From NCBI GenBank assembly GCA_035702065.1, contig DASSRA010000142.1, forward strand, positions 2,947 to 66,946: a stretch of 64,000 nucleotides of DNA. Reading direction: 5' to 3'. The stretch comes from Rhizobacter sp. (GTDB taxonomy: Bacteria; Pseudomonadota; Gammaproteobacteria; Burkholderiales; Burkholderiaceae_C). This document shows, piece after piece, positions 29,554-38,789 of the stretch (the first letter of the stretch is position 1; each line of letters opens with the position of its first letter). The notes beneath the pieces were generated by a model. It was not told the origin of the DNA, did not search any database, and was given only the letters and a program-made list of their open reading frames with translations. A program made the translations under genes and the position numbers.

Positions 29554-31447
29554 TGAAGCGCGCCGGGTCGATGGCGTCAAGCAGACTGGCCTCGATGGGG
29601 CAGGGCGCGCCGCTGATCAATGCCGCCAGAGCCTGAGCGCCCAGCGCAGACCAGGTGATGCCCCGCGACCCCAGGGCGGTGAACACGTAGAGCCCTGCGA
29701 TACGCGGGACGAAGCGGGGCTGGTCGAGGGGCCGGCCGATGGCGAGGGCTGCTGGATCGGGCACCGCGCCGATCACGGGCAGGCGGTCGGGTACGGACCA
29801 GCGCCAGCCGGTGCGCCCGCGCAGTGCGCCGGGCGCGACATCGACGGGTTCGCCGAGCAGGCGAGCCAGCTGCGCCAGGTTGGCGGTGTGGTCGATGTCT
29901 CGCACGCTGCCGTCCATGTCGGCCGGCTGCGAGGTTGCGCCAAAGAGCGTGAAGCCGTTTGACTCCGGCAAGAGGTAGCCCGCGCCGGCGATGGGCAACG
30001 CGGTGCGTGGCAGCCCGGCGCTGTCGCTCATGCTGATCTGGCCGCGCACCGGTGCGAGGGGCCAGGCCGCGTGGCCGAGCAGGCGCAGCGCATCGCCAGC
30101 GTTGGCCAGCACCACCACGTCGGCCTCGTCGATGACATGGCCTTGCGCATCCAGTGCCTGCCAAGCGGTGCCGGCTTGCTGCAGGCGCGCGACTTCGGTG
30201 TGGCCGCGGAAGCTGGCTGAGGGTGCGGCCTCCGCCAGCCAGTGGCGCGCCAGGGCAGCTGGCTGAACCCAACCGCCGCCCGGGTAGAACCAAGCCGACT
30301 GCGCGAGGCGCAGGCCGCACAAGTCGCTGGCCTCGGCCGGCGACAGCGCGCGCACGTAGTCGGCGGGCATGCCGAGGCGGGCGAGGGTGTCGCGCATCGC
30401 GTCGACAGGGGCCTCTTCGAGCCGCAGCAGGCCTTGCACCGCACCGCTGACTGCACCGCTGTGCAGGGCGCGGCTCACGCTGCGCTGGGCGTGGAGCGCG
30501 GCAGCACGATTGAAGCGGGCATGGGTGCCGTCCTGTGCATTCACGATGCCGTGGAAGAGGCCACCCGGGTTGCCCGAGGTCTCTAGCGCAGGCTGGGCCT
30601 GGCGGTCGAAGACGACGCTGTGCCAGCCGAGCTCTGCCAGCGCCGCAGCCGTGGCGCAGCCGGCCAGGCCGGCACCGACGACGAGTGCACGGTGTCGCTC
30701 GAAAGCGGGTGGGCGCCGTGACGGCGCACCGCGCGGCGCGAAGGCCGGTGCGTAGTCGGCCAGGGTGATGTCGCGCTTGCCGCCGCGGCCCGGTGCCTTG
30801 CGTGCCTCGAAGCCGGCGGCGCGCAAGCCCTCGCGCACGCTGCTGGCGGCGGTCCAGGTGGCGAGCGTGGCGTGTGGCGCGGCCAGCCGGGCCAGGGCCT
30901 TGAACAGCTGCGCTTGCCACATCTGCGGGTTGCGCGCAGGGGCGAACCCGTCGAGGTAGAACGCGTCGACCTGCGCGACCAGTTCGGGCAACCAGCTGCG
31001 CACATCACCCAGCGCCAGCAGCAGCTGCACCCGTCCGCCCTCGAACGACAGTGTGTGCAGGTTGTGGGTCAGGGGTGGCCAGGCGGCGATCAGTTCGTCG
31101 GCCAGCGGTGCAGCTGGCGAGTGGGCGTGGGCGCGGCGCAGGTCGTCGGCGCTGAACGGGCTTTGCTCGATGGAGATGAACACCAGCCGCTGGCTGCGGT
31201 CGGGATCCTCCCGCCAGGCTTGCCAGGTGGCGAGGAAGTTGTTGCCCAGGCCGAAGCCCGTTTCCAGCACGACGAAGCGCTCGCGCGCCTGCCAACGCTG
31301 CGGCAGCCCATTGCCCGCGAGGAACACATGCTGTGCCTGCGCAAACGCGCCGGCCAGCGGGTGGTAGACGTCCTGGTAGTCCGGCGAGTAGGGCAGGCCG
31401 TCGCTGTCAAAGCTCAGGGTTGCCGGAACGATGGGCCGCGTGTTCAT
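29489..31447 (-). CDS. mnmC: Bifunctional tRNA mnm5s2U34 biosynthesis protein (methyltransferase + FAD oxidase)
   Basis: DVYH, ETGFGLGNNF, DGFAPARNPQMW, VGAGLAG, SGNPGG, ALGSRG. Confidence 0.96.
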   Translation of the reverse strand: MNTRPIVPATLSFDSDGLPYSPDYQDVYHPLAGAFAQAQHVFLAGNGLPQRWQARERFVVLETGFGLGNNFLATWQAWREDPDRSQRLVFISIEQSPFSADDLRRAHAHSPAAPLADELIAAWPPLTHNLHTLSFEGGRVQLLLALGDVRSWLPELVAQVDAFYLDGFAPARNPQMWQAQLFKALARLAAPHATLATWTAASSVREGLRAAGFEARKAPGRGGKRDITLADYAPAFAPRGAPSRRPPAFERHRALVVGAGLAGCATAAALAELGWHSVVFDRQAQPALETSGNPGGLFHGIVNAQDGTHARFNRAAALHAQRSVSRALHSGAVSGAVQGLLRLEEAPVDAMRDTLARLGMPADYVRALSPAEASDLCGLRLAQSAWFYPGGGWVQPAALARHWLAEAAPSASFRGHTEVARLQQAGTAWQALDAQGHVIDEADVVVLANAGDALRLLGHAAWPLAPVRGQISMSDSAGLPRTALPIAGAGYLLPESNGFTLFGATSQPADMDGSVRDIDHTANLAQLARLLGEPVDVAPGALRGRTGWRWSVPDRLPVIGAVPDPAALAIGRPLDQPRFVPRIAGLYVFTALGSRGITWSALGAQALAALISGAPCPIEASLLDAIDPARFISRAVRRAATNPESTHKPAGD

Positions 31448-32382
31448 GCGCCGCTGCGGCTGGCCAGCCAGGCCAGCAGCCTGTCACGGGCGTCGGCCAG
31501 CCCGCGGTAGGCCAGCACTGCAGGGCTCATGCTGGCGAGCGCGTCGTGTACCGACTTGGCCTGCGCTGGGTTCGCCAGCGCCTGGGCCAGCGGCTGCAAC
31601 TCGACGTGGATGGTGAACACCGCTTGCCGCAGCGATGGCAGCGGGATGAAGGTCTGGCGCTCGGTGCGAAAGAACGCGCCGTGTGCCACCTCGTCGGGCG
31701 TGGCGTCGGCCGGCCAGGGGCCGCTGTCCTTGCGGTTGGGGTGGGCATGCAACCGAGGGTGTCGCGTGATGGTCCACACGAAGCGTTCCCAGCGGTCGTC
31801 GCCGGTGACGAGACGGGCCAGGTGCTCGCCGGCCGTCACGAGCAACTGGTTGTCGGCCACCGGTGCGTGCACGTGCGCGAAGTGGCGGCCGATCTTCTCC
31901 TCGGGTGCCCAGCCGGAAGGCAGGCATACCGCCAGCCACGGAATGTGGGCGGTCTGGCCGTCGATGACGGCAAAGTCTTCGGCGAAGGCCAGGCACAGCA
32001 AGGCGGGCAGGCGCCATTCGGGCGGCAGCGCGCGCAGGCAGGTGCCGACCTCGGGCAGCGTGTCGTTGTGCTGGCGCACCTCGGGGCCTTGCAGCGACCA
32101 GCCGAGCCAGTGCGCGTGCACTTGGCTGCTCGCATCGTGCGACCAGGCCGAAGGGTGCTCGTCGGCCGCTTTCCGGCTGAGCGCCAGCAGGGCCGGCGCG
32201 GCGTCGAAGCCCGGTGTGCTCAACAAGGCCTGCGGTGCATAGGCGCCGAGCACAGCGAGCTTCTCGCGCAAGGCGCGGTCGCCGGGGGCATTGGGTGTGA
32301 GCTGCGGGGCGCCGGGTGCCAGCCGGCGCAGGCCGGGCTGCATGCGAAACGGGACGGAGATGCTGGCGAAGTCGAAAGCCAT
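31444..32382 (-). CDS. DUF3445 / heme-dependent oxidative N-demethylase alpha-subunit-like protein
   Basis: EDFAVID, VCLPSGWAPEEKIG, VHAPV, RFVWTI, FRTERQTF..LP....VFTI. Start could be 32382 or 32394. Confidence 0.8.
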   Translation of the reverse strand: MAFDFASISVPFRMQPGLRRLAPGAPQLTPNAPGDRALREKLAVLGAYAPQALLSTPGFDAAPALLALSRKAADEHPSAWSHDASSQVHAHWLGWSLQGPEVRQHNDTLPEVGTCLRALPPEWRLPALLCLAFAEDFAVIDGQTAHIPWLAVCLPSGWAPEEKIGRHFAHVHAPVADNQLLVTAGEHLARLVTGDDRWERFVWTITRHPRLHAHPNRKDSGPWPADATPDEVAHGAFFRTERQTFIPLPSLRQAVFTIHVELQPLAQALANPAQAKSVHDALASMSPAVLAYRGLADARDRLLAWLASRSGA

Positions 32383-32400
32383 GCCGCGGATCATGCCCAC

Positions 32401-32428
32401 AAAAGAGAAGGGCCCGCAAAGCGGGCCC
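32401..32428 (-). terminator. Intrinsic terminator of efp
   Basis: GGGCCCGC-N3-GCGGGCCC stem followed by UUCUCUUUU on the minus strand. Confidence 0.8.
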
Positions 32429-32451
32429 AGCTTGCGTGCGGCCGGGAGGCC

Positions 32452-33006
32452 TTAGACGCGCTTGCGGTACTCGTGTGTGCGGGTGTCGATTTCGATCTTG
32501 TCGCCGGTCTCGACGAACAGCGGCACAGCGATCTCGAAGCCCGTGGCCAGCTTGGCCGGCTTCATGACCTTGCCCGAGGTGTCGCCCTTGACGGCCGGCT
32601 CGGTATAGGTGACTTCGCGCACCAGGCTGGTCGGCAGTTCGACCGAGATGGCCTTGCCGTCGTAGAACACCACTTCGACGGGCATCTGGTCTTCCAGGTA
32701 CTGGATGGCGTCGCCCATGTTCTCGGCCTCGACCTCGAACTGGTTGTACTCGGCGTCCATGAATGCGTACATCGGGTCGGCGAAGTAGGAGTAGGTGCAC
32801 TCCTTCTTGTCCAGAATGATCTGGTCCATCTTGTCGTCGGCCTTGAAGACGACTTCGGTGCCCGAGTTGTTGAGCAGGCTCTTGAGCTTCATGCGCACGG
32901 TGGCGGCATTGCGGCCACCGCGGCTGTATTCGGTCTTCAGGACGACCATCGGATCCTTGCCGTGCATGATCACGTTGCCGGCGCGAATTTCTTGAGCAAT
33001 CTTCAT
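32452..33006 (-). CDS. efp: Elongation factor P, Arg32 (rhamnosylated) type
   Basis: SRGGRNAA with R32, PAVKGDT, VPLF, DTR. Adjacent to earP. Confidence 0.98.
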   Translation of the reverse strand: MKIAQEIRAGNVIMHGKDPMVVLKTEYSRGGRNAATVRMKLKSLLNNSGTEVVFKADDKMDQIILDKKECTYSYFADPMYAFMDAEYNQFEVEAENMGDAIQYLEDQMPVEVVFYDGKAISVELPTSLVREVTYTEPAVKGDTSGKVMKPAKLATGFEIAVPLFVETGDKIEIDTRTHEYRKRV

Positions 33007-33103
33007 AGCGATTTCCGTGTGCGTGCTCTCCTGCAAGAGCAGCGAGAACTGTGGGTAGCGCGCACCGGACAGTCGTGCACCAGAACGCGCAAAGCCCGTT
33101 ATT

Positions 33104-34114
33104 TTAGCGTGATTCGGTAACGAAGCCCATGAGTTGGGTCGTCAAGTCCACTTGCCCGACCAACTTGTCACGCCAGGCTTCGCACAGCGATTGCCAGGCC
33201 GGCAGCGGGGGCAACTGCTCCGGCATGGCGCCGAGGCCATTCCAGCCACGCCACAGTTCGCGCAGGCCGGGCAGCGCGGGCAGTTTGTCGAGGAAGGCAG
33301 CCAGCTTGGCGGCGTGGGCCTGGTCGGCCTGGGGATAGATCTGCCAGACGAATGGCTGGCCGGCCCACTGGGCGCGCACGAAGGAGTCTTCGCCGCGCAC
33401 GAAGTTGAGGTCGCAGCTCCACAGCAAGCGGTCGTAGTTGACCTGGGTCAAGTAGGGCAGGCGCTGGCTGCGCATGTTGGCGGGCAACGCGCGCGGCGCG
33501 GCCACGCCGGGTGTCAGCAGCAGCAGGGTGGGGGTGCTGCCCAGGGCGCGAAGCATGTTGGCCTGCGCAGGGTTGTCGTAGCTGAACAGGCTGACCAGGC
33601 GCTCGCCTTCACGCAGGTCGATGCCGTGTTCGTGCAGCCAGACTTCTCGGTTGAACAACTGCCGGGCCTGCATCAAGCCGGGCTCGCGGATCAGTCCGCC
33701 CGTGGCGGGGGTGAAGCCAGGGTAGAAGAAGTGTTTGGTGAGCCCGCGGCCCGGCTCGCTGAACTGGGGTGAGGGCAGCCGGTGGCTGCGCTCCACGTAG
33801 CTTTCGGCACTCAGGTACTCGAGGTTGATCCACACGGGCCGGACGTGCGCCATGCGTTCGACGAAGCGGGCAGGCAGCTCGCAGCCAAAAGCCTCGATCA
33901 CCACGTCGCCAGGGGTGACGTCGAGTGAAGCTTCATCCCAGGGCCGGACTGCGAGATTGGGCGCCCCGGTCGGTGCCATCCACGCAAGGGCCGAAGGATC
34001 GTCGACCCACAGTCGCACCAGTTCGCCGCGCGACGCCAGGTCGGCAGCAAGCCGCCAGCACACGCCGATGTCGCCAAAGTTGTCGACCACGCGACAGAAC
34101 ACATCCCACTGCAT
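33104..34114 (-). CDS. earP: EF-P arginine rhamnosyltransferase
   Basis: [54 protein letters not shown]. Confidence 0.96.
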   Translation of the reverse strand: MQWDVFCRVVDNFGDIGVCWRLAADLASRGELVRLWVDDPSALAWMAPTGAPNLAVRPWDEASLDVTPGDVVIEAFGCELPARFVERMAHVRPVWINLEYLSAESYVERSHRLPSPQFSEPGRGLTKHFFYPGFTPATGGLIREPGLMQARQLFNREVWLHEHGIDLREGERLVSLFSYDNPAQANMLRALGSTPTLLLLTPGVAAPRALPANMRSQRLPYLTQVNYDRLLWSCDLNFVRGEDSFVRAQWAGQPFVWQIYPQADQAHAAKLAAFLDKLPALPGLRELWRGWNGLGAMPEQLPPLPAWQSLCEAWRDKLVGQVDLTTQLMGFVTESR

Positions 34115-34148
34115 GCGTGGATTATCGAGGCGGCACAATCCGGCTCCG

Positions 34149-36059
34149 ATGAGCGAACCTCTCTCCACCGACGAGCTGCCAGACCCTCAGCGCGAGCGGC
34201 TGCTGGCCGAAGTGGCGGCGTTGCCCGGACTGCCCGGCGTCTACCGCTACTTCGACGCGCAGGACGCCGTGCTGTACGTGGGCAAGGCGCGCGATCTGAA
34301 GAAGCGCGTGTCGAGCTACTTCCACAAGAACCACGGCGGCACGCGCATCGGCCACATGGTCAGCAAGATCGTGCGCATGGAGACGACGGTGGTGCGCTCC
34401 GAGGCCGAGGCGCTGCTCCTCGAGAACAACCTCATCAAGACGCTCAACCCGCGCTACAACATCCTGTTCCGCGACGACAAGAGCTACCCCTATCTCAAGA
34501 TCGCGTCGCATGCGTTCCCGCGCATGGCGTACTACCGCGGGTCTGTCGACCGCAAGCACCGCTACTTCGGGCCCTACCCGAGCGCCTGGGCGGTGAAGGA
34601 GTCGATCCAGCTGCTGCAGAAGGTGTTCAAGCTGCGCACCTGCGAAGACACGGTCTTCAACAACCGCACGCGGCCCTGCCTGCTGTACCAGATCAAGCGC
34701 TGCTCGGGGCCGTGTGTGCAGTACATCGGCGCCGACGACTATGCGCGCGATGTGGCCAACGCCGAGCGCTTCCTGCTGGGCGAGCAGCAGGAGGTGATGG
34801 ACACCCTGCAGACGCAGATGATGGCCCATGCCGACGCGCTGGAGTTCGAGCAGGCCGCCGAGATCCGCAACCAGTTGGGTGCACTCAACAAGGTGCTGCA
34901 CCAGCAATCGGTCGAGGACAACACCGGCGTCACCACCAAGGACGCCGACATCCTGGCGGTGAAGGTGCAGGGCGGCCGTGCCTGCGTGAACCTCGCCATG
35001 GTGCGCGGTGGCCGCCACTTGGGCGATCGGCCGTATTTCCCAAGCCACGTGGACGACGGCACCACGGTCGACCTGGAAGAAGAGGAAGAACGCTCGTCAC
35101 CCGAAGTGCAGGTGCTGGAGGCGTTCATCGCGCAGCACTATCTGGAAAGTGCCGTGCCGCCCCTGCTGGTGTTGAGCCATGCGGTCGACAAGGCGCTGGT
35201 CGAAGCGCTCTCGTTGCACAGCGGCATCAAGGTGTCGGCACAACATCAGCCGCGCGATGCGCGCCGTGCCTGGCTCGACATGTGCATCCAGGGCGCCGAC
35301 ATCAAGCTCACGCGGCTGCTGTCGGAAGAGGGTTCGCAGCAGGCCCGCACGCGCGCCCTGGTGGACGCGCTCGATCTGGGCGTGGAGAGCCTCGACACCT
35401 TTCGCATCGAGTGTTTCGACATCAGCCATACCGCAGGCGAGTCGACACAGGCATCCTGCGTCGTGTTCGAAGGCCACAAGATGCAGAGCTCGCAGTACCG
35501 CCGCTACAACATCGAAGGCGTCACCGGGGGTGACGACTACGCCGCCATGCGCCAGGTGCTCACGCGCCGCTACAGCAAGCTCGCCGCCGCGGCACAGGCG
35601 GGCGACGGGCGGCTGCCGGACCTGGTGCTGGTCGACGGTGGCAAGGGCCAGGTCAGCATGGCGCGCGAGGTGTTCGAAGAACTCGGCCTCGACTTGAGCC
35701 TGATCGTGGGCGTGGAAAAAGGCGAGGGCCGCAAGGTCGGCCTGGAAGAACTGGTGTTCGCCGACGGGCGCGACAAGGTCTACCTCGGACACGATTCGGC
35801 GGCCCTGATGCTGGTGGCCCAGATCCGCGACGAGGCCCACCGCTTCGCCATCACCGGCATGCGTGCGCGGCGCGCGAGCGTGCGCACGGGAGGCAGCTTG
35901 CTCGAAGACATCCCGGGCATCGGCCCGAAGAAACGTGCGAAACTTTTGCAGCGCTTCGGAGGGGCTCGCGGCGTGGGCCATGCGAGCGTGGAAGACCTCG
36001 CCAGCGTGGATGGAATTTCCAGAGAACTCGCGGAGGAGATCTACCGTGCATTGCACTGA
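34149..36059 (+). CDS. uvrC: Excinuclease ABC subunit C
   Basis: GIY-YIG region PGVYRY...[46 protein letters not shown]-terminal HhH. Confidence 0.98.
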   Translation: MSEPLSTDELPDPQRERLLAEVAALPGLPGVYRYFDAQDAVLYVGKARDLKKRVSSYFHKNHGGTRIGHMVSKIVRMETTVVRSEAEALLLENNLIKTLNPRYNILFRDDKSYPYLKIASHAFPRMAYYRGSVDRKHRYFGPYPSAWAVKESIQLLQKVFKLRTCEDTVFNNRTRPCLLYQIKRCSGPCVQYIGADDYARDVANAERFLLGEQQEVMDTLQTQMMAHADALEFEQAAEIRNQLGALNKVLHQQSVEDNTGVTTKDADILAVKVQGGRACVNLAMVRGGRHLGDRPYFPSHVDDGTTVDLEEEEERSSPEVQVLEAFIAQHYLESAVPPLLVLSHAVDKALVEALSLHSGIKVSAQHQPRDARRAWLDMCIQGADIKLTRLLSEEGSQQARTRALVDALDLGVESLDTFRIECFDISHTAGESTQASCVVFEGHKMQSSQYRRYNIEGVTGGDDYAAMRQVLTRRYSKLAAAAQAGDGRLPDLVLVDGGKGQVSMAREVFEELGLDLSLIVGVEKGEGRKVGLEELVFADGRDKVYLGHDSAALMLVAQIRDEAHRFAITGMRARRASVRTGGSLLEDIPGIGPKKRAKLLQRFGGARGVGHASVEDLASVDGISRELAEEIYRALH

Positions 36060-36081
36060 CACCCGGTCGCTGAAGCGTGGC

Positions 36082-36531
36082 ATGCGTTGGTTTGCCTGGG
36101 GGGCGTTACCCCTGGCGCTGGCCGGTTGTGGCAGTTCGCCTTCGGCGCCGACTGCGCCCACGGCTGCCGGGCCTTCGACCAAGCTGGCTGCTCCGGCGGC
36201 GACCAAGAACTGGACCGACTTCAAGATCCAGGCTGCGCGACGAATCGTCGAGGCCAACCCCAACGGTGTTTATACCGGTGCGCCGCAGCAGGTGTTGCTG
36301 GCCATCCCGGTGCTCGAGGTCGAGCTCAATGCCGACGGCAGCATCAAGCGCATCGAGGTGATGCGCCGCCCCGGCCAGGCACCCGAGACCTTGCAGATGG
36401 CCATCGATGCGGTCAAACGTGCTGCGCCGTTCGGCGATGTGTCGAAGCTGCCCAAGCCCTGGAAGTTCACCGAAGTCTTTCTCTTCAACGACGACAAGCG
36501 CTTCAAGCCGCGCACGCTCGATGCACTGTGA
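36082..36531 (+). CDS. Lipoprotein with a TonB/TolA C-terminal-like domain
   Basis: Lipobox LAGC, Pro/Ala/Thr linker, then VLEVELNADGSIKRIEV...AIDAVKRAAPF. Confidence 0.72.
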   Translation: MRWFAWGALPLALAGCGSSPSAPTAPTAAGPSTKLAAPAATKNWTDFKIQAARRIVEANPNGVYTGAPQQVLLAIPVLEVELNADGSIKRIEVMRRPGQAPETLQMAIDAVKRAAPFGDVSKLPKPWKFTEVFLFNDDKRFKPRTLDAL

Positions 36532-36591
36532 TCGGCCGGGGTGATTGAACGCACGCCCGGCTCCAGCGGGCAACTTCGGCACAATGCCCGC

Positions 36592-37158
36592 ATGTTTTTC
36601 AATCTGCCCACCCTGCTGACCTGGGCGCGCATCGTCGCGATTCCACTGATCGTCGGCATCTTTTACCTCGACGGGCATGAGCCCACCAAGAACCTGGTGG
36701 CGACCATCCTCTTCGTCGTGGTCGCACTGACCGACTGGGCCGATGGCTACCTTGCGCGCAAGCTCAACCAGACATCCTCATTCGGCGCGTTTCTCGACCC
36801 TGTGGCCGACAAGTTCCTGGTCTGTGCTTCGCTGCTCATCCTGGTGCAGCTCGACCGGGTGGGCGCTCTGGTGGCGCTCGTCATCATCGGGCGCGAGATC
36901 GCCATCTCGGCCCTGCGCGAGTGGATGGCGCAGATCGGTGCTTCGCGCAGCGTGGCCGTGCACATGCTGGGCAAGCTCAAGACAACGGTTCAGATGATCG
37001 CCATTCCCTTCCTCCTCTACAACGGCAAGCTCTTCGGGTTGATCGACACCCACTTGTTCGGCACCGTGCTCATCTACATCGCTGCCGTGCTGACCATCTG
37101 GTCGATGGTTTACTACCTGCAGAAGGCACTGCCCGAGATCCGAGCCAAGGCTCGGTAG
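36592..37158 (+). CDS. pgsA: CDP-diacylglycerol--glycerol-3-phosphate 3-phosphatidyltransferase
   Basis: TDWADGYLARKLNQTSSFGAFLDPVADK, GREIAISALREWM. Confidence 0.97.
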   Translation: MFFNLPTLLTWARIVAIPLIVGIFYLDGHEPTKNLVATILFVVVALTDWADGYLARKLNQTSSFGAFLDPVADKFLVCASLLILVQLDRVGALVALVIIGREIAISALREWMAQIGASRSVAVHMLGKLKTTVQMIAIPFLLYNGKLFGLIDTHLFGTVLIYIAAVLTIWSMVYYLQKALPEIRAKAR

Positions 37159-37164
37159 CCACGC

Positions 37165-38064
37165 GTGACCTCGTCTCAACGGGGCGCACTGCTGCGCGCC
37201 ATGCCTGCGGTGTTCGTGCTGATCTGGAGCACGGGGTTCATCGTGGCGCGCTACGGCATGCCCTACGCGCCGCCGATTACCTTTCTGAGCATTCGTTATG
37301 CGCTGTCGGTGCTGTGCTTCGGGGTCTGGATCGCGCTCAGCCGCGCCGAATGGCCGCGGTCACGTGTGCAGTGGGTTCACTTGTGCGTGAGCGGAGTTCT
37401 GATGCACGCGGGCTATCTCGGTGGGGTCTGGGCCGCTGTGAAGGACGGCATGGGCGCAGGCACGATCGCGTTGCTCGTCGGCCTGCAGCCTGTGCTCACG
37501 GCGGTGTGGCTGAGCGGCGTGGCCGGCGCGCGCGTGTCTCGGCAGCAATGGGTGGGCCTGCTGCTTGGCCTGGGCGGCTTGCTGTTGGTGGTGTGGCGCA
37601 AACTGGGGGGCGGTGAGTTGTCTGCCTGGAACCTCTCTCTGGCGTTGTTCGCCCTGCTCTGCATCACGGCGGGTACGCTTTACCAGAAGCGCTTCGTCGC
37701 GCCCTGCGATGTGCGCACAGCGAACACCGTGCAGTTGATAGCCGCTTTCGCAGTCAGTTTGCCGCTGGCGCTGCTGGAACCCGAGCACATCGTGCTGCAT
37801 TCGCACTTCCTTGGTGCCATGGCGTGGTCGGTGATCGGGCTCACCCTGGGCGGAAGCTCGTTGCTCTATCTGTTGATTCAGCGCGGTGCAGCAACGCAGG
37901 TCACCAGCCTTCTCTATCTCGTGCCGCCGACCACGGCGCTGATGGCATGGCTGCTGTTTCGAGAGCCCTTGACTCCGTTGATGCTGATCGGCATGGCGCT
38001 CACGGCCGTCGGTGTCTCGATGGTCGTGCGCACCGAGGGAAAGCCCGCAGCTGCGGCGGCATGA
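37165..38064 (+). CDS. DMT/EamA family transporter
   Basis: About 10 TM helices, IWSTGF, LQPVLTA, duplicated EamA pattern. Confidence 0.9.
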   Translation: MTSSQRGALLRAMPAVFVLIWSTGFIVARYGMPYAPPITFLSIRYALSVLCFGVWIALSRAEWPRSRVQWVHLCVSGVLMHAGYLGGVWAAVKDGMGAGTIALLVGLQPVLTAVWLSGVAGARVSRQQWVGLLLGLGGLLLVVWRKLGGGELSAWNLSLALFALLCITAGTLYQKRFVAPCDVRTANTVQLIAAFAVSLPLALLEPEHIVLHSHFLGAMAWSVIGLTLGGSSLLYLLIQRGAATQVTSLLYLVPPTTALMAWLLFREPLTPLMLIGMALTAVGVSMVVRTEGKPAAAAA

Positions 38065-38164
38065 AGCTCGAGTTAGGCGCGACACCAAGGCTTGTCAAGC
38101 GAGGAAGCACGCGGCGTAGCGCCCTGGTGATGCAGTTGATTACGCATAGAATCCGCTTCCGCGC

Positions 38165-38193
38165 TTGACACTGGGTGGGCGTGCGGCTGTAAT
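38165..38193 (+). promoter_or_regulatory. Sigma-70 promoter of hupB
   Basis: TTGACA (38165-38170), 17-bp spacer, TGTAAT (38188-38193). Confidence 0.75.
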
Positions 38194-38279
38194 CAATTGA
38201 GCCGCTGCAACCACCTGAGACGCGGCCCAGATCATCCACACTGAATTTTTCGAGACACCTTTTTTGAGGGGGTACCTTC

Positions 38280-38552
38280 GTGAACAAATCCGAATTGATT
38301 GAACACATTGCCAAACAGGCTGACATTTCCAAGGCAGCTGCCACCCGCGCGCTGGAAGCCCTGATTGGCGGTGTGAAATCAACGCTCAAGAAGAACAACA
38401 GCGTTTCGCTGGTGGGCTTCGGCACCTTCAGCGTGAGCAAGCGTGCAGCACGTGCCGGCCGCAACCCGCGCACCGGTGCCACGATCAAGATCAAGGCAGC
38501 CAAGGTGCCCAAGTTCCGCCCCGGCAAGGCCCTCAAGGACGCGGTCAACTGA
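38280..38552 (+). CDS. hupB: DNA-binding protein HU
   Basis: [35 protein letters not shown]. Confidence 0.97.
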   Translation: MNKSELIEHIAKQADISKAAATRALEALIGGVKSTLKKNNSVSLVGFGTFSVSKRAARAGRNPRTGATIKIKAAKVPKFRPGKALKDAVN

Positions 38553-38562
38553 TTAGGTTCTC

Positions 38563-38638
38563 GGGTGCTTAGCTCAGTTGGTAGAGCGGCGCCCTTACAA
38601 GGCGTAGGTCGGGGGTTCGAGCCCCTCAGCACCCACCA
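38563..38638 (+). tRNA. tRNA-Val (anticodon TAC)
   Basis: GGGTGCT/AGCACCC acceptor stem, loop CT-TAC-AA, GGTTCGA T-loop, encoded CCA, 76 nt. Confidence 0.97.
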
Positions 38639-38706
38639 GCCAGACACCGGGCGCGCTTAGAAAAGAGGCTCGGAGCCATCGGCTAAAATTGTTAGTGTCC
38701 ACCCCG

Positions 38707-38732
38707 CAAAGGCGAACCTCGGTTCGCCTTTG
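38707..38732. terminator. Stem-loop between tRNA-Val and ppiD (terminator or processing hairpin)
   Basis: CAAAGGCGAAC-CTCG-GTTCGCCTTTG. Confidence 0.6.
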
Positions 38733-38789
38733 TTGCATCTGGGGTGCTCTGTTGTTCCACGTTCCGCGACCCAACGATCGAGGTCATCG

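Noticed and set aside
32452-34114. EF-P Arg32 rhamnosylation system as a novelty
   Set aside because: The earP-efp system is already well characterised, so it is listed as a feature only.
33825-34148. Longer 744-aa uvrC start
   Set aside because: The extension overlaps earP antisense. UvrC homology and the promoter signal fit ATG 34149.
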